A stretch of DNA of 64,000 nucleotides from Patescibacteria group bacterium (GCA_016861265.1 BOLA01000001.1:331569-395568), one strand, 5' to 3'; shown: positions 28,731 through 39,018, numbered from the stretch's first letter. The notes: generated by a model not told the origin, from the sequence alone. Made by a program: numbers and translations.

Positions 28731-28985
28731 TTATTTATTTAGAACACCAACTATTTCCCACTTCTTTAATTTAGAAACAGGTCTGCATTCGCTAAAGGCA
28801 ACAACATCACCTACATTTAGATTAAATTGATCACTTACATGAACAACATAACTTGTATGGTGTTTTACAATCTTAGTAAATCTTGGATGTGGGTATTTTG
28901 ATTCCACTTCCACTTTAGCAGTATTTGCACTACTTAGTTTAGTTACTATTCCTGTAATTGTTTTTCTTTTTTTAGTTTCAGCCAT
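28731..28985 (-). CDS. rpsQ: 30S ribosomal protein uS17
   Basis: HPRFTK, GDVV...[11 protein letters not shown]. Confidence 0.95.
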   Translation of the reverse strand: MAETKKRKTITGIVTKLSSANTAKVEVESKYPHPRFTKIVKHHTSYVVHVSDQFNLNVGDVVAFSECRPVSKLKKWEIVGVLNK

Positions 28986-28995
28986 ATTTCTTTAA

Positions 28996-29202
28996 TTAAT
29001 TCTGTTTATTTAGTTTAGTCATTTCTCTAGCAATAAGTCTTCTTAACTTTTTAGCTAAAGATGTGTTTGCTTCCTTACCTAACTTAATATCCATAGATAG
29101 TCTTTCAAATTCTGCCTTTAATTCTCTTAAGGACATCTTATTCCATGATGCTTCAGATTTGTTTACTTTTTCAGTTGTCTTTTTTGTTTCTTCTTTAGCC
29201 AT
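28996..29202 (-). CDS. rpmC: 50S ribosomal protein uL29 (divergent)
   Basis: Syntenic between rplP and rpsQ; GKEANTS..KKLRRLIAR..T. Confidence 0.85.
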   Translation of the reverse strand: MAKEETKKTTEKVNKSEASWNKMSLRELKAEFERLSMDIKLGKEANTSLAKKLRRLIAREMTKLNKQN

Positions 29203-29207
29203 GATTA

Positions 29208-29624
29208 TTAATTTAACTGATCCTTAGAAATAATTCTTGTTCTTACCGATAATTTTGCAGTAGCAAGCTTTAAGGCTTCCTTTGCAACTTCTTCAGGTAA
29301 ACCACCTAATTCAAACATTACTCTTCCTGGTTTTACTACAGCTACATACATCGAAACATCTCCTTTTCCAGAACCTCTAACAACTTCGTCAGATTTTTTT
29401 GTATATGGTTTGTGTGGGAATACCTTAATCCATAGTTTTCCTTTTCTGGTTGTATAGTTTACTATTGTCTTTCTAGCCGCTTCGATTTCTCTAGCCTTAA
29501 TCCAAGCCTTTTCTAATGATTGAATTCCATAGTCTCCATATGCTAGATCTGATCCTGTATAGGATAAACCTCTCATTTTTCCTCTATGTTCCTTTTTGTA
29601 TTTTCTTTGTTTAGGTTGCAACAT
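29208..29624 (-). CDS. rplP: 50S ribosomal protein uL16
   Basis: MLQPK.RKYKK.HRG, IEAARK, GSGKG. Confidence 0.97.
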   Translation of the reverse strand: MLQPKQRKYKKEHRGKMRGLSYTGSDLAYGDYGIQSLEKAWIKAREIEAARKTIVNYTTRKGKLWIKVFPHKPYTKKSDEVVRGSGKGDVSMYVAVVKPGRVMFELGGLPEEVAKEALKLATAKLSVRTRIISKDQLN

Positions 29625-29634
29625 ATTATTTTAA

Positions 29635-30291
29635 TTAATCGATTGAATATGAACTCTTTTCTCCTTTATTAATCCAAACTTTAATTCCATGCTTTCCAGC
29701 CTGTGGAACCATAGCTTCAACAAATGCATAGTCTAAATCAGCTCTAATAGTGTGTCTTGGTACAACACCCCATCTTACTTTTTCTCTTCTTGCCATTTCA
29801 GCTCCCTTAATTCTTCCGCCTATCCAAACCTCAATTCCTTTTACTAAACCAGTATTTTTTGCTGCTTCGACTGCTTTACCTGCTGTCATTTTAGGATTAA
29901 TTCTTCTTTCGCATTGCTGAGCAATATTTTCTGCAACTAATTTAGCGATAATATCAGGATTCTTAATCTCAAAAATCTTAATATCAACGTTTGTTTTCAA
30001 TAGTTTTGTTAACTCTTCCTTTAGAGCATTGATTCCAGCTCCGCCTCTTCCGATTACCACACCTGGTCTAGCAACACTAATTTCAATTAAAACTTTATTA
30101 ATAAGTCTTTTAATTACAATAGATGCAACTCCAGCCTGTTTCAATTTTTCTTCAACTAAAGCATTAACCTTCTTATCACTTAGGTATTTTTCTGCATAGT
30201 CTTCTTTAGATGCGTACCATCTTGAATTCCAATTTTTATTTACTCCGATTCTAAATCCTACAGGATTTACCTTGTGTGCACCTCTTGCCAT
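29635..30291 (-). CDS. rpsC: 30S ribosomal protein uS3
   Basis: KVNPVGFRIG, RPGVVIGRGG, GAEMAR. Confidence 0.98.
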   Translation of the reverse strand: MARGAHKVNPVGFRIGVNKNWNSRWYASKEDYAEKYLSDKKVNALVEEKLKQAGVASIVIKRLINKVLIEISVARPGVVIGRGGAGINALKEELTKLLKTNVDIKIFEIKNPDIIAKLVAENIAQQCERRINPKMTAGKAVEAAKNTGLVKGIEVWIGGRIKGAEMARREKVRWGVVPRHTIRADLDYAFVEAMVPQAGKHGIKVWINKGEKSSYSID

Positions 30292-30375
30292 ATTAAAAAT
30301 TTTAAGATTCGTTCTTTGTTAAGAACTTGAAATTATATATTATTTAAACTTTAAAAAAGCTATGAATTATATCAC

Positions 30376-30852
30376 TTATTCTGCTTTGCTTGTAGCCTCT
30401 ACTTCAACTACTTCCTGTTTTTTTGCTCTAGGAGCCTTTTTTACAGTTTTTGTTTCTGTTGATTTAGTTGCTTTTACAGCTTTAGCTTTTACTGTCTTGC
30501 TTGCCTTCTTTTCTGCTCCATTTGCGTCCTTAACAATAACTGTTATATGACTCATTGGTCTATTATAGAAAGCCACACTTCCTTTTGCCTTATATTCAAC
30601 TCTTCTTAAAGAAGGTCCCTTGTCTACCATTACTTCTGAAACAATTAACTCAGATTCTTTCATTCCAAAGTTATGAACAGCGTTTGCAATTGCACTCTCA
30701 AGTACTTTTTTAACTTGATGAGCTGAACCCTTGGGCATGTATTTTAACGTATAAACAGCTTCAACTGCATTCATTCCCTTTACTATTTGTGCAGGAATTC
30801 TTGCCTTTCTTGTCGATACTCTGATAAATTTTCCTATTGCTTTTACTTCCAT
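30376..30852 (-). CDS. rplV: 50S ribosomal protein uL22 with K/A-rich C-terminal extension
   Basis: IRVSTRKAR, SAIANA, SHITV. Confidence 0.96.
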   Translation of the reverse strand: MEVKAIGKFIRVSTRKARIPAQIVKGMNAVEAVYTLKYMPKGSAHQVKKVLESAIANAVHNFGMKESELIVSEVMVDKGPSLRRVEYKAKGSVAFYNRPMSHITVIVKDANGAEKKASKTVKAKAVKATKSTETKTVKKAPRAKKQEVVEVEATSKAE

Positions 30853-30874
30853 ATAATTATTATTTAATTATTTG

Positions 30875-31177
30875 TTACGATCCCTTTCCAGTTGAGCCTG
30901 TTGCCTTAGCAATTTTTCCTTTCTTGCTATGTCCATTGAATTTTCTTGTAAAAGAGAACTCTCCTAGTTTATGACCAACCATACTCTCAGTAACAAAAAC
31001 TTTGTTAAAATATTTTCCATTATGAACATCGAATGTTAATCCAACCATATCAGGTGATATAGTAGATCTTCTTGCCCATGTTTTAATAGACTTTCTGTCT
31101 CCAGTTTGTTTAACTTTTAATACTTTTTCTAGTAATGTAGGATCAACAAATGGTCCTTTTTTTGAACTTCTTGCCAT
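30875..31177 (-). CDS. rpsS: 30S ribosomal protein uS19
   Basis: [21 protein letters not shown]. Confidence 0.98.
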   Translation of the reverse strand: MARSSKKGPFVDPTLLEKVLKVKQTGDRKSIKTWARRSTISPDMVGLTFDVHNGKYFNKVFVTESMVGHKLGEFSFTRKFNGHSKKGKIAKATGSTGKGS

Positions 31178-31184
31178 ATTTTAA

Positions 31185-32048
31185 TTAAATAACTGTCTTA
31201 TAAGATTTAAATCTATTCTTTTCCTGTCTTCTCTTAATAATAAACTTATTATTAGGATTTCTTAATCTTCGTGTTCTCTTTCCAATTGGATTACCCCATC
31301 TGTCCTTCTTTGGGCCTCCTGTACCGTGTCTACCACCCTTACCCTGTCCTCCTCCGTGAGGGTGCTTTGTTGACATTGCTACACCTCTTACTCCAGGTCT
31401 AACACCTTTGTTTCTTCTTCTTCCTGCTTTTCCTAACTTTACATTTTTATTATCAGTATTACTTACTGTTCCGATTGTCGCAAAACAAGTTTCTCTTACT
31501 AATCTAAATTCTCCGGATGGCATCTTTAATTGAATGTATCCCTTATCACCACCCATTACCTGTATAGATGTTCCTGCAGATCTTGCAATCATAGCACCTT
31601 TTCCTGGGAACATTTCTACTGCATGTACCATTGTACCTTGTGGAATATCCTTTAACATTAAAGCATTTCCCACTTTGATTGGAGCAGTTTCTCCACTCAT
31701 AATTTCGCCACCTACCTTTAATCCATCTGGCGCAAGAATATATCTTCTCTCACCATTTGTGAATTTAATTAAAGCGATAAATGCTGTTCTGTTTGGATCG
31801 TATTCAATTGTTTCTACAACACCTGCAACACCATGATTTTCTCTTTTAAAGTCAATCTTTCTGTATAAATTCTTTTCCTTACCACCTTGATGTCTAGTAG
31901 TAATTTTACCTTGGTTGTTTCTTCCAGCTTTTCCGTTCAACTTTTCTGTTAGTGGTAAATAAGGTCTGCCCTTTTTAAGGTTAGATCTGTCTACCAATAC
32001 TGCATGTCTTACTCCTGCTGATGTTGGTTTAAATGTTTTTAGAGCCAT
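31185..32048 (-). CDS. rplB: 50S ribosomal protein uL2
   Basis: GRNNQGKIT, IEYDPNRTA, HPHGGG. Confidence 0.98.
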   Translation of the reverse strand: MALKTFKPTSAGVRHAVLVDRSNLKKGRPYLPLTEKLNGKAGRNNQGKITTRHQGGKEKNLYRKIDFKRENHGVAGVVETIEYDPNRTAFIALIKFTNGERRYILAPDGLKVGGEIMSGETAPIKVGNALMLKDIPQGTMVHAVEMFPGKGAMIARSAGTSIQVMGGDKGYIQLKMPSGEFRLVRETCFATIGTVSNTDNKNVKLGKAGRRRNKGVRPGVRGVAMSTKHPHGGGQGKGGRHGTGGPKKDRWGNPIGKRTRRLRNPNNKFIIKRRQEKNRFKSYKTVI

Positions 32049-32058
32049 ATATTATAAA

Positions 32059-32352
32059 TTAATCGTTGTTCTTAATTTCGAATAAATCTAACTTACTGTC
32101 AGCATCAAGTTTAAATACCATGATCTTTTTGTCAGATAGTTTACTCTGTCTTTTTGATAATCTGTTATATTTAACTTTTCCCATTCTACTGGATGTTTTT
32201 ACATCTAAAACTTTAACTCCAAAAATTCTTTCAAGAGCTTTTGAGGCTGAAATTTTATCTGCGTTCAAAGCAACTTCAAATGTAGCCTTATGCTGTGTCG
32301 CATAAACTGCTAATGATTTTTCTGTTACTATTGGTTTCTTAATTATTTTCAT
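32059..32352 (-). CDS. rplW: 50S ribosomal protein uL23
   Basis: KPIVTEKS, FGVKV; synteny. Confidence 0.95.
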   Translation of the reverse strand: MKIIKKPIVTEKSLAVYATQHKATFEVALNADKISASKALERIFGVKVLDVKTSSRMGKVKYNRLSKRQSKLSDKKIMVFKLDADSKLDLFEIKNND

Positions 32353-32353
32353 A

Positions 32354-32977
32354 TTATGCCCAAGTATTATTAATATAATCTAATGCTTCCTTTTCCAATA
32401 ATACTTTTCCAGCGTTTAATAAGTCGTATACATTAACTTCTGAAACTAATACAACTCTTGCTTTATTGATATTAGAAAATGATTTTATTAAATTTTCGTT
32501 TTTCTTTGCAGTTACAATCATCATTTTCTTTGGACTTTCAAAGTTTGACTGAATGCTTATTGCTTCTTTTGTTGAAGGTTCCTTAATTTCTAAAGTATCA
32601 ACAACATTTAATAAACCTGCTTTATTTAGTTTGCTAAATGCATTTCTAAATGCAGCAGCCTTAAAACTCTTTGTTAACTTTCTTTTCCAGTTTGTTTTGT
32701 TAGTAGGACCAAAAGTAACTCCTCCACCTTTCCAGATTGGAGACCTACTTGATCCTGCTCTAGCTCTACCAGTTCCCTTTTGAGCCCATGGCTTCTTTCC
32801 TCCACCTCTTACTTCTGATCTATCTTTTGAATTAGCATTTGATTCTCTTTGGTTTGATAAGTATACATACACATATTGTGCTAATACTTTATCGTTTACA
32901 GTAGAGTTAAATACTGAATCACTTACTTCTACTTCAGAAACTTTTTTTGCTTTTTGATCTAATACTGGTAAGTTCAT
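32354..32977 (-). CDS. rplD: 50S ribosomal protein uL4
   Basis: EVRGGGKKPWAQKGTGRARAGS. Confidence 0.98.
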   Translation of the reverse strand: MNLPVLDQKAKKVSEVEVSDSVFNSTVNDKVLAQYVYVYLSNQRESNANSKDRSEVRGGGKKPWAQKGTGRARAGSSRSPIWKGGGVTFGPTNKTNWKRKLTKSFKAAAFRNAFSKLNKAGLLNVVDTLEIKEPSTKEAISIQSNFESPKKMMIVTAKKNENLIKSFSNINKARVVLVSEVNVYDLLNAGKVLLEKEALDYINNTWA

Positions 32978-32978
32978 A

Positions 32979-33590
32979 TTATTTTCTAAATTGTTTTTTA
33001 ATAATTACATATCCTTTGTTTGGACCTGGTACAGCTCCTTCAACAGCAATTAAATTTTCTTCAGGCATAACCTTTACAACTTTTAATCCGCTAATTGTTT
33101 TGTTTCTAGCTCCCATGTGTCCACCCATTTTCTTTCCTTTGAATACTCTTCCTGGAATTGTTCTAGTTCCTAAAGATCCTGGAGCTCTTTCTCTATCAGA
33201 AGCACCGTGACTTCTAGGTCCACCTGAAAATCCCCATCTTTTTACTACGCCCTGGAATCCTTTTCCTTTTGTTGGAGCGGAAACCTGGATTTTTTCACCT
33301 ACAGCAAATGTATCTGCCTTTAATTCAGTTCCAACTTCTGGAGCAGTTTCGCCAGCAAGCAATTTAAATACTTTTTTAAATCTTGGCACAAAGCTAAGAG
33401 TTTTATAATTACCTTGATCTGCCTTAGTTGCATTCTTGCTCTTGTCTTTCCCTATTTCTACATGAGTAGAATTATTCAACACCTTTGAAACAACGTTATT
33501 TGACACATCTATAACAGTAACTGGAATTGCAGTTCCGTTGTCTGAGTATACTTGAGTCATTCCTATTTTTTTACCTAAAATTGCGTTCAT
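32979..33590 (-). CDS. rplC: 50S ribosomal protein uL3
   Basis: GKKIGMTQ, KGKGFQGVVKRW. Confidence 0.98.
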   Translation of the reverse strand: MNAILGKKIGMTQVYSDNGTAIPVTVIDVSNNVVSKVLNNSTHVEIGKDKSKNATKADQGNYKTLSFVPRFKKVFKLLAGETAPEVGTELKADTFAVGEKIQVSAPTKGKGFQGVVKRWGFSGGPRSHGASDRERAPGSLGTRTIPGRVFKGKKMGGHMGARNKTISGLKVVKVMPEENLIAVEGAVPGPNKGYVIIKKQFRK

Positions 33591-33635
33591 AATATATTGC
33601 CCTGTAGCATTAACTGCTTTTAAAATTCAAATAAT

Positions 33636-33935
33636 TTAAGAGATCTTTAAATCAACTCCGGCAGGTAACTGCATATGAGTTAAAGACTCAATTGTCTTTG
33701 CATTTGATTCAAGAATATCTACTAATCTTGAGTGCTCTGTAAGACCAAAGTGTTCCTTTGATTTTGCATCAATATGAGGACCCTTATGAATTGCAACTTT
33801 CCATTTTCTATTTGGTAATGGAACTGGACCTCTAATCTTTGCACCTGTATCTATTACAGTCTTGCAGATCTGGCTTGTGGCCTTGTCTACTACCCTGTAG
33901 TCGAAACCTTTGATTCTAACCCTAATTTTCTGCAT
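33636..33935 (-). CDS. rpsJ: 30S ribosomal protein uS10
   Basis: KIRVRIKGFD, GPVPLP, LPAGVD. Confidence 0.97.
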   Translation of the reverse strand: MQKIRVRIKGFDYRVVDKATSQICKTVIDTGAKIRGPVPLPNRKWKVAIHKGPHIDAKSKEHFGLTEHSRLVDILESNAKTIESLTHMQLPAGVDLKIS

Positions 33936-34004
33936 AATCTTAAATTAACTTAGCCTCTAGGGCTTTTAAATTGCTTTTAAAAGCATTTATTAAATAACAA
34001 AATT

Positions 34005-34032
34005 AATCCCGACAACCTGAGTTATCGGGATT
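34005..34032 (-). terminator. Hairpin between tuf and rpsJ
   Basis: aatcccga..aac/gtt..tcgggatt stem. Confidence 0.6.
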
Positions 34033-34040
34033 CAATCTTA

Positions 34041-35234
34041 TTACTTTATAATCTGAGTAACAACTCCAGCTCCAACTGTTCTACCACCTTCTCTAATAGC
34101 AAAGTTCATCTTTTCATCTAACGCTACAGGAGTTCCTAACTTAACATTTACTGTTATGTTATCACCTGGCATTACAATTGCATTAGCATCGTCTAGTAAA
34201 ACTTCTCCTGTTACATCTGCTGTTCTGATGTAGAACTGTGGCTTGTAACCTGTCTTGAATGCTGTGTGTCTTCCACCTTCGTCCTTTGAAAGAATGTACA
34301 ACTCAGCTTTGAATTCTGTGTGTGGCTTAAGTGAACCCTTAGCTACTAAAGCCTGACCTCTTTCAATTTCTTCTCTTTTAATACCTCTGATTAATAAACC
34401 AACGTTATCACCAGCTTGTCCTTGTTGTAATGATTTCTTGAACATTTCAACACCAGTAATTGTAAGATCTTTTGCACCTTCCATTAAACCGATTTGTTCA
34501 ACAACTTCTCCAACCTTAACAACACCTCTTTCAATTCTACCTGTTGCTACTGTACCTCTTCCTTCAATTGAGAATACATCTTCAACTGGCATGAAGAATG
34601 GCTTGTCTAAGTCTCTTTCTGGTAATGGAATTGTTTCGTCCATAGCCTTTAATAAAGCAGCCATAGTCTCATCACCGTCTTTTTCACCAGTTGTACCGTA
34701 TAAAGCAGATCCAACTACGAATGGAACTTTCTCTGCATCGTATTTGTACTTCTTTAATAGGTCCTTGATTTCTTCCTTGATTAATTCTAACAAGTCAGCA
34801 TCCATGTCATCTTCAAATCTGTTAATGAATACAACGATGTGTTGTACACCAACTTGATGAGCCAATAACAAGTGCTCCTTAGTCTGTGGCATAGGTCCGT
34901 CTGCAGCAGAAACAACAAGAATTGCTCCATCCATTTGAGCAGCTCCTGTAATCATGTTCTTGATGTAGTCCTTGTGACCTGGACAGTCAATGTGAGCGTA
35001 GTGTCTTGTTTCAGATTCATATTCAACATGTGAAGATGCAACTGTAACAATCTTATTTGAACCTGCTCTTGCGATTCCACCCTTAGCAATGTCAGCGTAT
35101 GACTTGCCAGAGTTTTGCCAACCTTTTCTTTGAGAGTAAGAAACTAAGGCTGCTGTTAATGTTGTCTTACCGTGGTCAATATGACCTAGAGTACCAACAT
35201 TTACATGTGGCTTTGTTCTCTGAAAATCTGCCAT
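34041..35234 (-). CDS. tuf: Elongation factor Tu (divergent switch I and G4 motif)
   Basis: [48 protein letters not shown]. Confidence 0.97.
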   Translation of the reverse strand: MADFQRTKPHVNVGTLGHIDHGKTTLTAALVSYSQRKGWQNSGKSYADIAKGGIARAGSNKIVTVASSHVEYESETRHYAHIDCPGHKDYIKNMITGAAQMDGAILVVSAADGPMPQTKEHLLLAHQVGVQHIVVFINRFEDDMDADLLELIKEEIKDLLKKYKYDAEKVPFVVGSALYGTTGEKDGDETMAALLKAMDETIPLPERDLDKPFFMPVEDVFSIEGRGTVATGRIERGVVKVGEVVEQIGLMEGAKDLTITGVEMFKKSLQQGQAGDNVGLLIRGIKREEIERGQALVAKGSLKPHTEFKAELYILSKDEGGRHTAFKTGYKPQFYIRTADVTGEVLLDDANAIVMPGDNITVNVKLGTPVALDEKMNFAIREGGRTVGAGVVTQIIK

Positions 35235-35428
35235 ATTAGTTTTTTAACAAAAATAAAATATTTTTAATTTAGAATTTAAAGGTAAATAAATAGCCTTTAA
35301 ATTTAAAGCTTTTAGCTAGGTCCGTATTATATACAATAAGTAGGTACTTGGCAAATGCCTAAATTACTTTTTCTTTAAGCTTTGGAATTATACCATCTTA
35401 AAAGCTTTTGTGCAGTATTTTTATATAA

Positions 35429-35458
35429 AAAATTTCCTCTAATATTAGAGGAAATTTT
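35429..35458 (-). terminator. Terminator after the ABC genes
   Basis: aaaatttcctcta/tagaggaaatttt inverted repeat. Confidence 0.65.
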
Positions 35459-35466
35459 CGATGAAT

Positions 35467-37230
35467 TTATGAGTTTCTTTTTTGATTCAAAATCATATCT
35501 TGCACACTTTCGTAATCTTTTGCCTTGTCAATTTGACCGGAATTTACAAAGAATATTTGATCAGCCTTTTTGATTGTATTTAACCTATGGGCAATAATAA
35601 CCTTTGCTGTGTCTTCTGGCAATTTATTAATAATATCCTGTAGAAGTTCTTCAGTAACTGTGTCAATATTTGCGGTTGCCTCGTCCAAAATAAGCAGCTC
35701 GGGTTTTCTTAAAATTGTTCTAATAAAAGAGATAATTTGTTTCTGACCCAAACTTATATTTTCAGCATTATTATTAATTTCAGTTTCCAGACCTTTCTCA
35801 AACTTATCTATAAATTTTTCTAAGCCAACTTTTTTTAGTTCGTTATATAGGTCCTCGGTAGTCAGCTCAGTTAATAATGGATTCCCATATTTTATATTCT
35901 CACCTACAGTACCTGTGAATAATAAAGGATCCTGCAGTATAAACCCTATTTTTTCAGATAATTCTTCTGGTTTATAACTTCTAATATCCTTGTTATAGAA
36001 CTCTATGATTCCGATTGTAGGGTCGTATAGTCTTGCCATTAAAGCTGCCGTGGTACTTTTTCCTCCCCCTGTTGGACCAACAAGTGCATATGTCTTACCC
36101 TTCTCCAATTCAATATTAATATCTTTCAATATTGGATTATCATGATCATAACCAAAGCTTACATCCTTAAAGGTAACAATATCGTTTACTGAACCTAATG
36201 ATTGATCTTGAGTACTTTCAATTACCTTCAAATCTGAATTCATATTCTGAATTTCTTGAATCCTAGACCACGCAGCCATTGCCAATTGAACATTACTCCA
36301 AATACTTGCAATAATTCTTAGTGGATCGTAAAACCTTTGTGTATAAGTAAAGAATGTAAATAGAATACCAAATGTTAGGTTACCCTCCTTTATTAGCGTT
36401 AATCCATAAACTATAACTATTATTTGTGCTGCATTGCTTGCTAAATCATAAATAGGCTTTAACGATTGATTTGCAATGTCCGCCTTAACAGAGGCCAAGT
36501 AGTTCTTTTCGTTATATTCTTGGAATCTATCTTCAAAGTAGTCTCTTCTATCGAAAGCAATAATTACTTTAAAAGCACTTAAACCTTCTTGTATTTGCGA
36601 AGAAAGGTTCCCCGTTGCATCTAGGCTAACTCTATTAAGTCGCTTTAGCAAAGGTGAAATAACCTGAGTTATTACGAATAGAATTAAGGTTACAGATAAT
36701 GTTACAAGTGCCAACTGTACATTTAAAAGAAGCATAGAAATTGCAATACCTACAAGAATGAACACACTTCCGATTAATCTAATTAAGTATTCCGAAAGAA
36801 ATGAATTTACCTTATCCGTGTCGTTGTTAATTCTAGAAATCAAATCACCTCCTCTATTAGCATTAAAGAATGCTAAAGGTAGTGACTGTAGTTTATTGAA
36901 TACTGAATTCCTTAATTTAAATAGAACCCTCTGTCCTAATCTTCCTGTAACCAGTATTTGCCCATAACTTGCTATTGAGCCAACAACATAAACACCTGCC
37001 ATTAAAAGTACAAAACTTAGTAGATTATTTAAATCTCTATTAGCCAAAAGATTATCTAGGGCATCTCCTTGTATTTTAGGTCCAAGAATATTAGCAATTG
37101 AGCTAATAACCACAAAAAATAATGCTAGCATTAAGGGTCTTAATTCCCCACCAATAAAACTACTAAAGCCTTTTATGGTTTTAATAAAGCCTGTTTTTTC
37201 CTCTCCATTATTATTTAGTTTATAGTTCAT
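35467..37230 (-). CDS. ABC exporter half-transporter (TMD+NBD), consensus catalytic subunit
   Basis: GPTGGGKS, ISLGQKQ, LILDEAT, IAHR. Confidence 0.93.
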   Translation of the reverse strand: MNYKLNNNGEEKTGFIKTIKGFSSFIGGELRPLMLALFFVVISSIANILGPKIQGDALDNLLANRDLNNLLSFVLLMAGVYVVGSIASYGQILVTGRLGQRVLFKLRNSVFNKLQSLPLAFFNANRGGDLISRINNDTDKVNSFLSEYLIRLIGSVFILVGIAISMLLLNVQLALVTLSVTLILFVITQVISPLLKRLNRVSLDATGNLSSQIQEGLSAFKVIIAFDRRDYFEDRFQEYNEKNYLASVKADIANQSLKPIYDLASNAAQIIVIVYGLTLIKEGNLTFGILFTFFTYTQRFYDPLRIIASIWSNVQLAMAAWSRIQEIQNMNSDLKVIESTQDQSLGSVNDIVTFKDVSFGYDHDNPILKDINIELEKGKTYALVGPTGGGKSTTAALMARLYDPTIGIIEFYNKDIRSYKPEELSEKIGFILQDPLLFTGTVGENIKYGNPLLTELTTEDLYNELKKVGLEKFIDKFEKGLETEINNNAENISLGQKQIISFIRTILRKPELLILDEATANIDTVTEELLQDIINKLPEDTAKVIIAHRLNTIKKADQIFFVNSGQIDKAKDYESVQDMILNQKRNS

Positions 37231-37254
37231 ATAATTTTAATAGACTTATTAAAT

Positions 37255-39012
37255 TTAATTTTCGGTTGATTTTTGAGACTCGAAAATCTGCTTGTATTCT
37301 AAAGATTTTTCAAGTAATTGAACATGAGTTCCTGCCGAAAGAACTTCACCTTCCATTATTAATATAATTTCATCAAAATCCTTAATTGATTCAATCTTTT
37401 GTGAGATTACTAATTGGGTAATTCTAGGATACTCCTTTTTTAAATTATCAAAAATCTTCTTTTCAGTCCCCTTATCGACTCTAGCAGTAAAATCATCTAG
37501 CAATAGAATTTTGGGATTTACTGCCAATGCTCTTGCCAATGTTAGTCTCTGCTTTTGACCACCCGAAAGGTTTGAGCCTCTTTCGTTGATAACAGTTTGC
37601 AAGCCGTTATCTAGTTTGGAGATAAACTCATCAAGCTCCGCAGTATTAATAACTTTGTTTAAATTATCGCTACTACCCTGAAAATCAATATTTTCTCCTA
37701 TAGATGTATTAAAAATTACACTATCCTGAAATACAATTCCCATTTGTTTGTATAAATTTCTAAGATTGTATTCTTTTACATTCACATCATCTATTAAAAT
37801 TTCTCCACTTGTTGGTTCTATTAATCCAGTAAGCAAATACATTATTTGAGTTTTACCTGCAGCAGTTGGACCGATTATCGCCGATTGTTTATGTGGCTGA
37901 ATAGTAAATGAAACATTTTTCAAAATGCTCTTTTCGTCTAATACTAAACTTACATTTCTAAATTCAATCTTTCCCTCAATTTCCTTTTCAATCTTACCGG
38001 TTGCTTCCTCAATCTTTGAATCTAGGACCTCGTTAACTCTACCAAGAGAAATAAATGCTCTAGAAATTAAATTACTAATAAAACCTAAAGTAATCACAGG
38101 CCATATTAGAACTCCCAGATAAGTAAAGAATGTTACAAAGTCTCCTGGAGAGATATTTCCGTTCAACAGCTCACTTCCCCCAATGTATAAAACAACTACT
38201 CCTCCTATACTGCTAGCAAGGTTTACAAATGGAAACATGAAGGCAAAACCATTTAGGATTTTAAAACCTAGGTCTCTGGCTTGAATATTGTAAGTTTCTA
38301 GTTTACCTTCTTCTTTACTTTGAGAATTTAAGACTCTTATTAAGCTTGCGGCCACTATATTCTCACTTATAACTCTATTCAAATTATCTATTATTATTCT
38401 AGATTGATAGAATAAGGGGCCCAATTTTTTAAATACGTACATGAATGCTCCTCCAATTACAGGAATAATTAATAAGCCTGCAATACCCATTGGAACGTTT
38501 ATACTAAGCATCAAAGCTCCTGCACCTATTATTAAAAATACCGATGAGAATAACAGCACCAAACTTTGGGAAATTAAATCTCTAACAGCATCAACATCTG
38601 AAGTTAAAATACTTAGCAACTTTGACGGAGTAATTTGATTTATAAATTTAAAGGTCTGTTTAGAAATCTTTGAGGATATAGCAAGTCTTAAATCAAAAGC
38701 CACCTTCTGAGATAAATAAACACCTGCGACCATCTGAACTACCCCGATTGCTAAAGAAATAAGAACAAGAATTACCATGTCCCTAACAAGGTCATCATAG
38801 TTCTCTCTTTTAACTGCAGCGTCCAAAATGTAGCCTATATATTTAGGTATTATTAAAGATAATACAGTTGCAACTAGAGTAAAACCCACTAAGAAGATAG
38901 TAAGTAGTCTGTAGGGTTTTACAAATCTTAATACAGTTGCAAAAGGATTTGGCCCTTGTTGCATGGATTTTCTATTTTTATCATTGGATTGGGGATTACC
39001 TTCGTTTTCCAT
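37255..39012 (-). CDS. ABC exporter half-transporter (TMD+NBD), degenerate subunit of a heterodimer
   Basis: GPTAAGKT, LSGGQKQ, LLDDFT (E to D), ISQK (H to Q). Confidence 0.93.
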   Translation of the reverse strand: MENEGNPQSNDKNRKSMQQGPNPFATVLRFVKPYRLLTIFLVGFTLVATVLSLIIPKYIGYILDAAVKRENYDDLVRDMVILVLISLAIGVVQMVAGVYLSQKVAFDLRLAISSKISKQTFKFINQITPSKLLSILTSDVDAVRDLISQSLVLLFSSVFLIIGAGALMLSINVPMGIAGLLIIPVIGGAFMYVFKKLGPLFYQSRIIIDNLNRVISENIVAASLIRVLNSQSKEEGKLETYNIQARDLGFKILNGFAFMFPFVNLASSIGGVVVLYIGGSELLNGNISPGDFVTFFTYLGVLIWPVITLGFISNLISRAFISLGRVNEVLDSKIEEATGKIEKEIEGKIEFRNVSLVLDEKSILKNVSFTIQPHKQSAIIGPTAAGKTQIMYLLTGLIEPTSGEILIDDVNVKEYNLRNLYKQMGIVFQDSVIFNTSIGENIDFQGSSDNLNKVINTAELDEFISKLDNGLQTVINERGSNLSGGQKQRLTLARALAVNPKILLLDDFTARVDKGTEKKIFDNLKKEYPRITQLVISQKIESIKDFDEIILIMEGEVLSAGTHVQLLEKSLEYKQIFESQKSTEN

Positions 39013-39018
39013 ATAAAA

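Noticed and set aside
35467-39012. Degenerate ABC motifs as pseudogenisation
   Set aside because: Asymmetric catalytic sites are normal for heterodimeric exporters.
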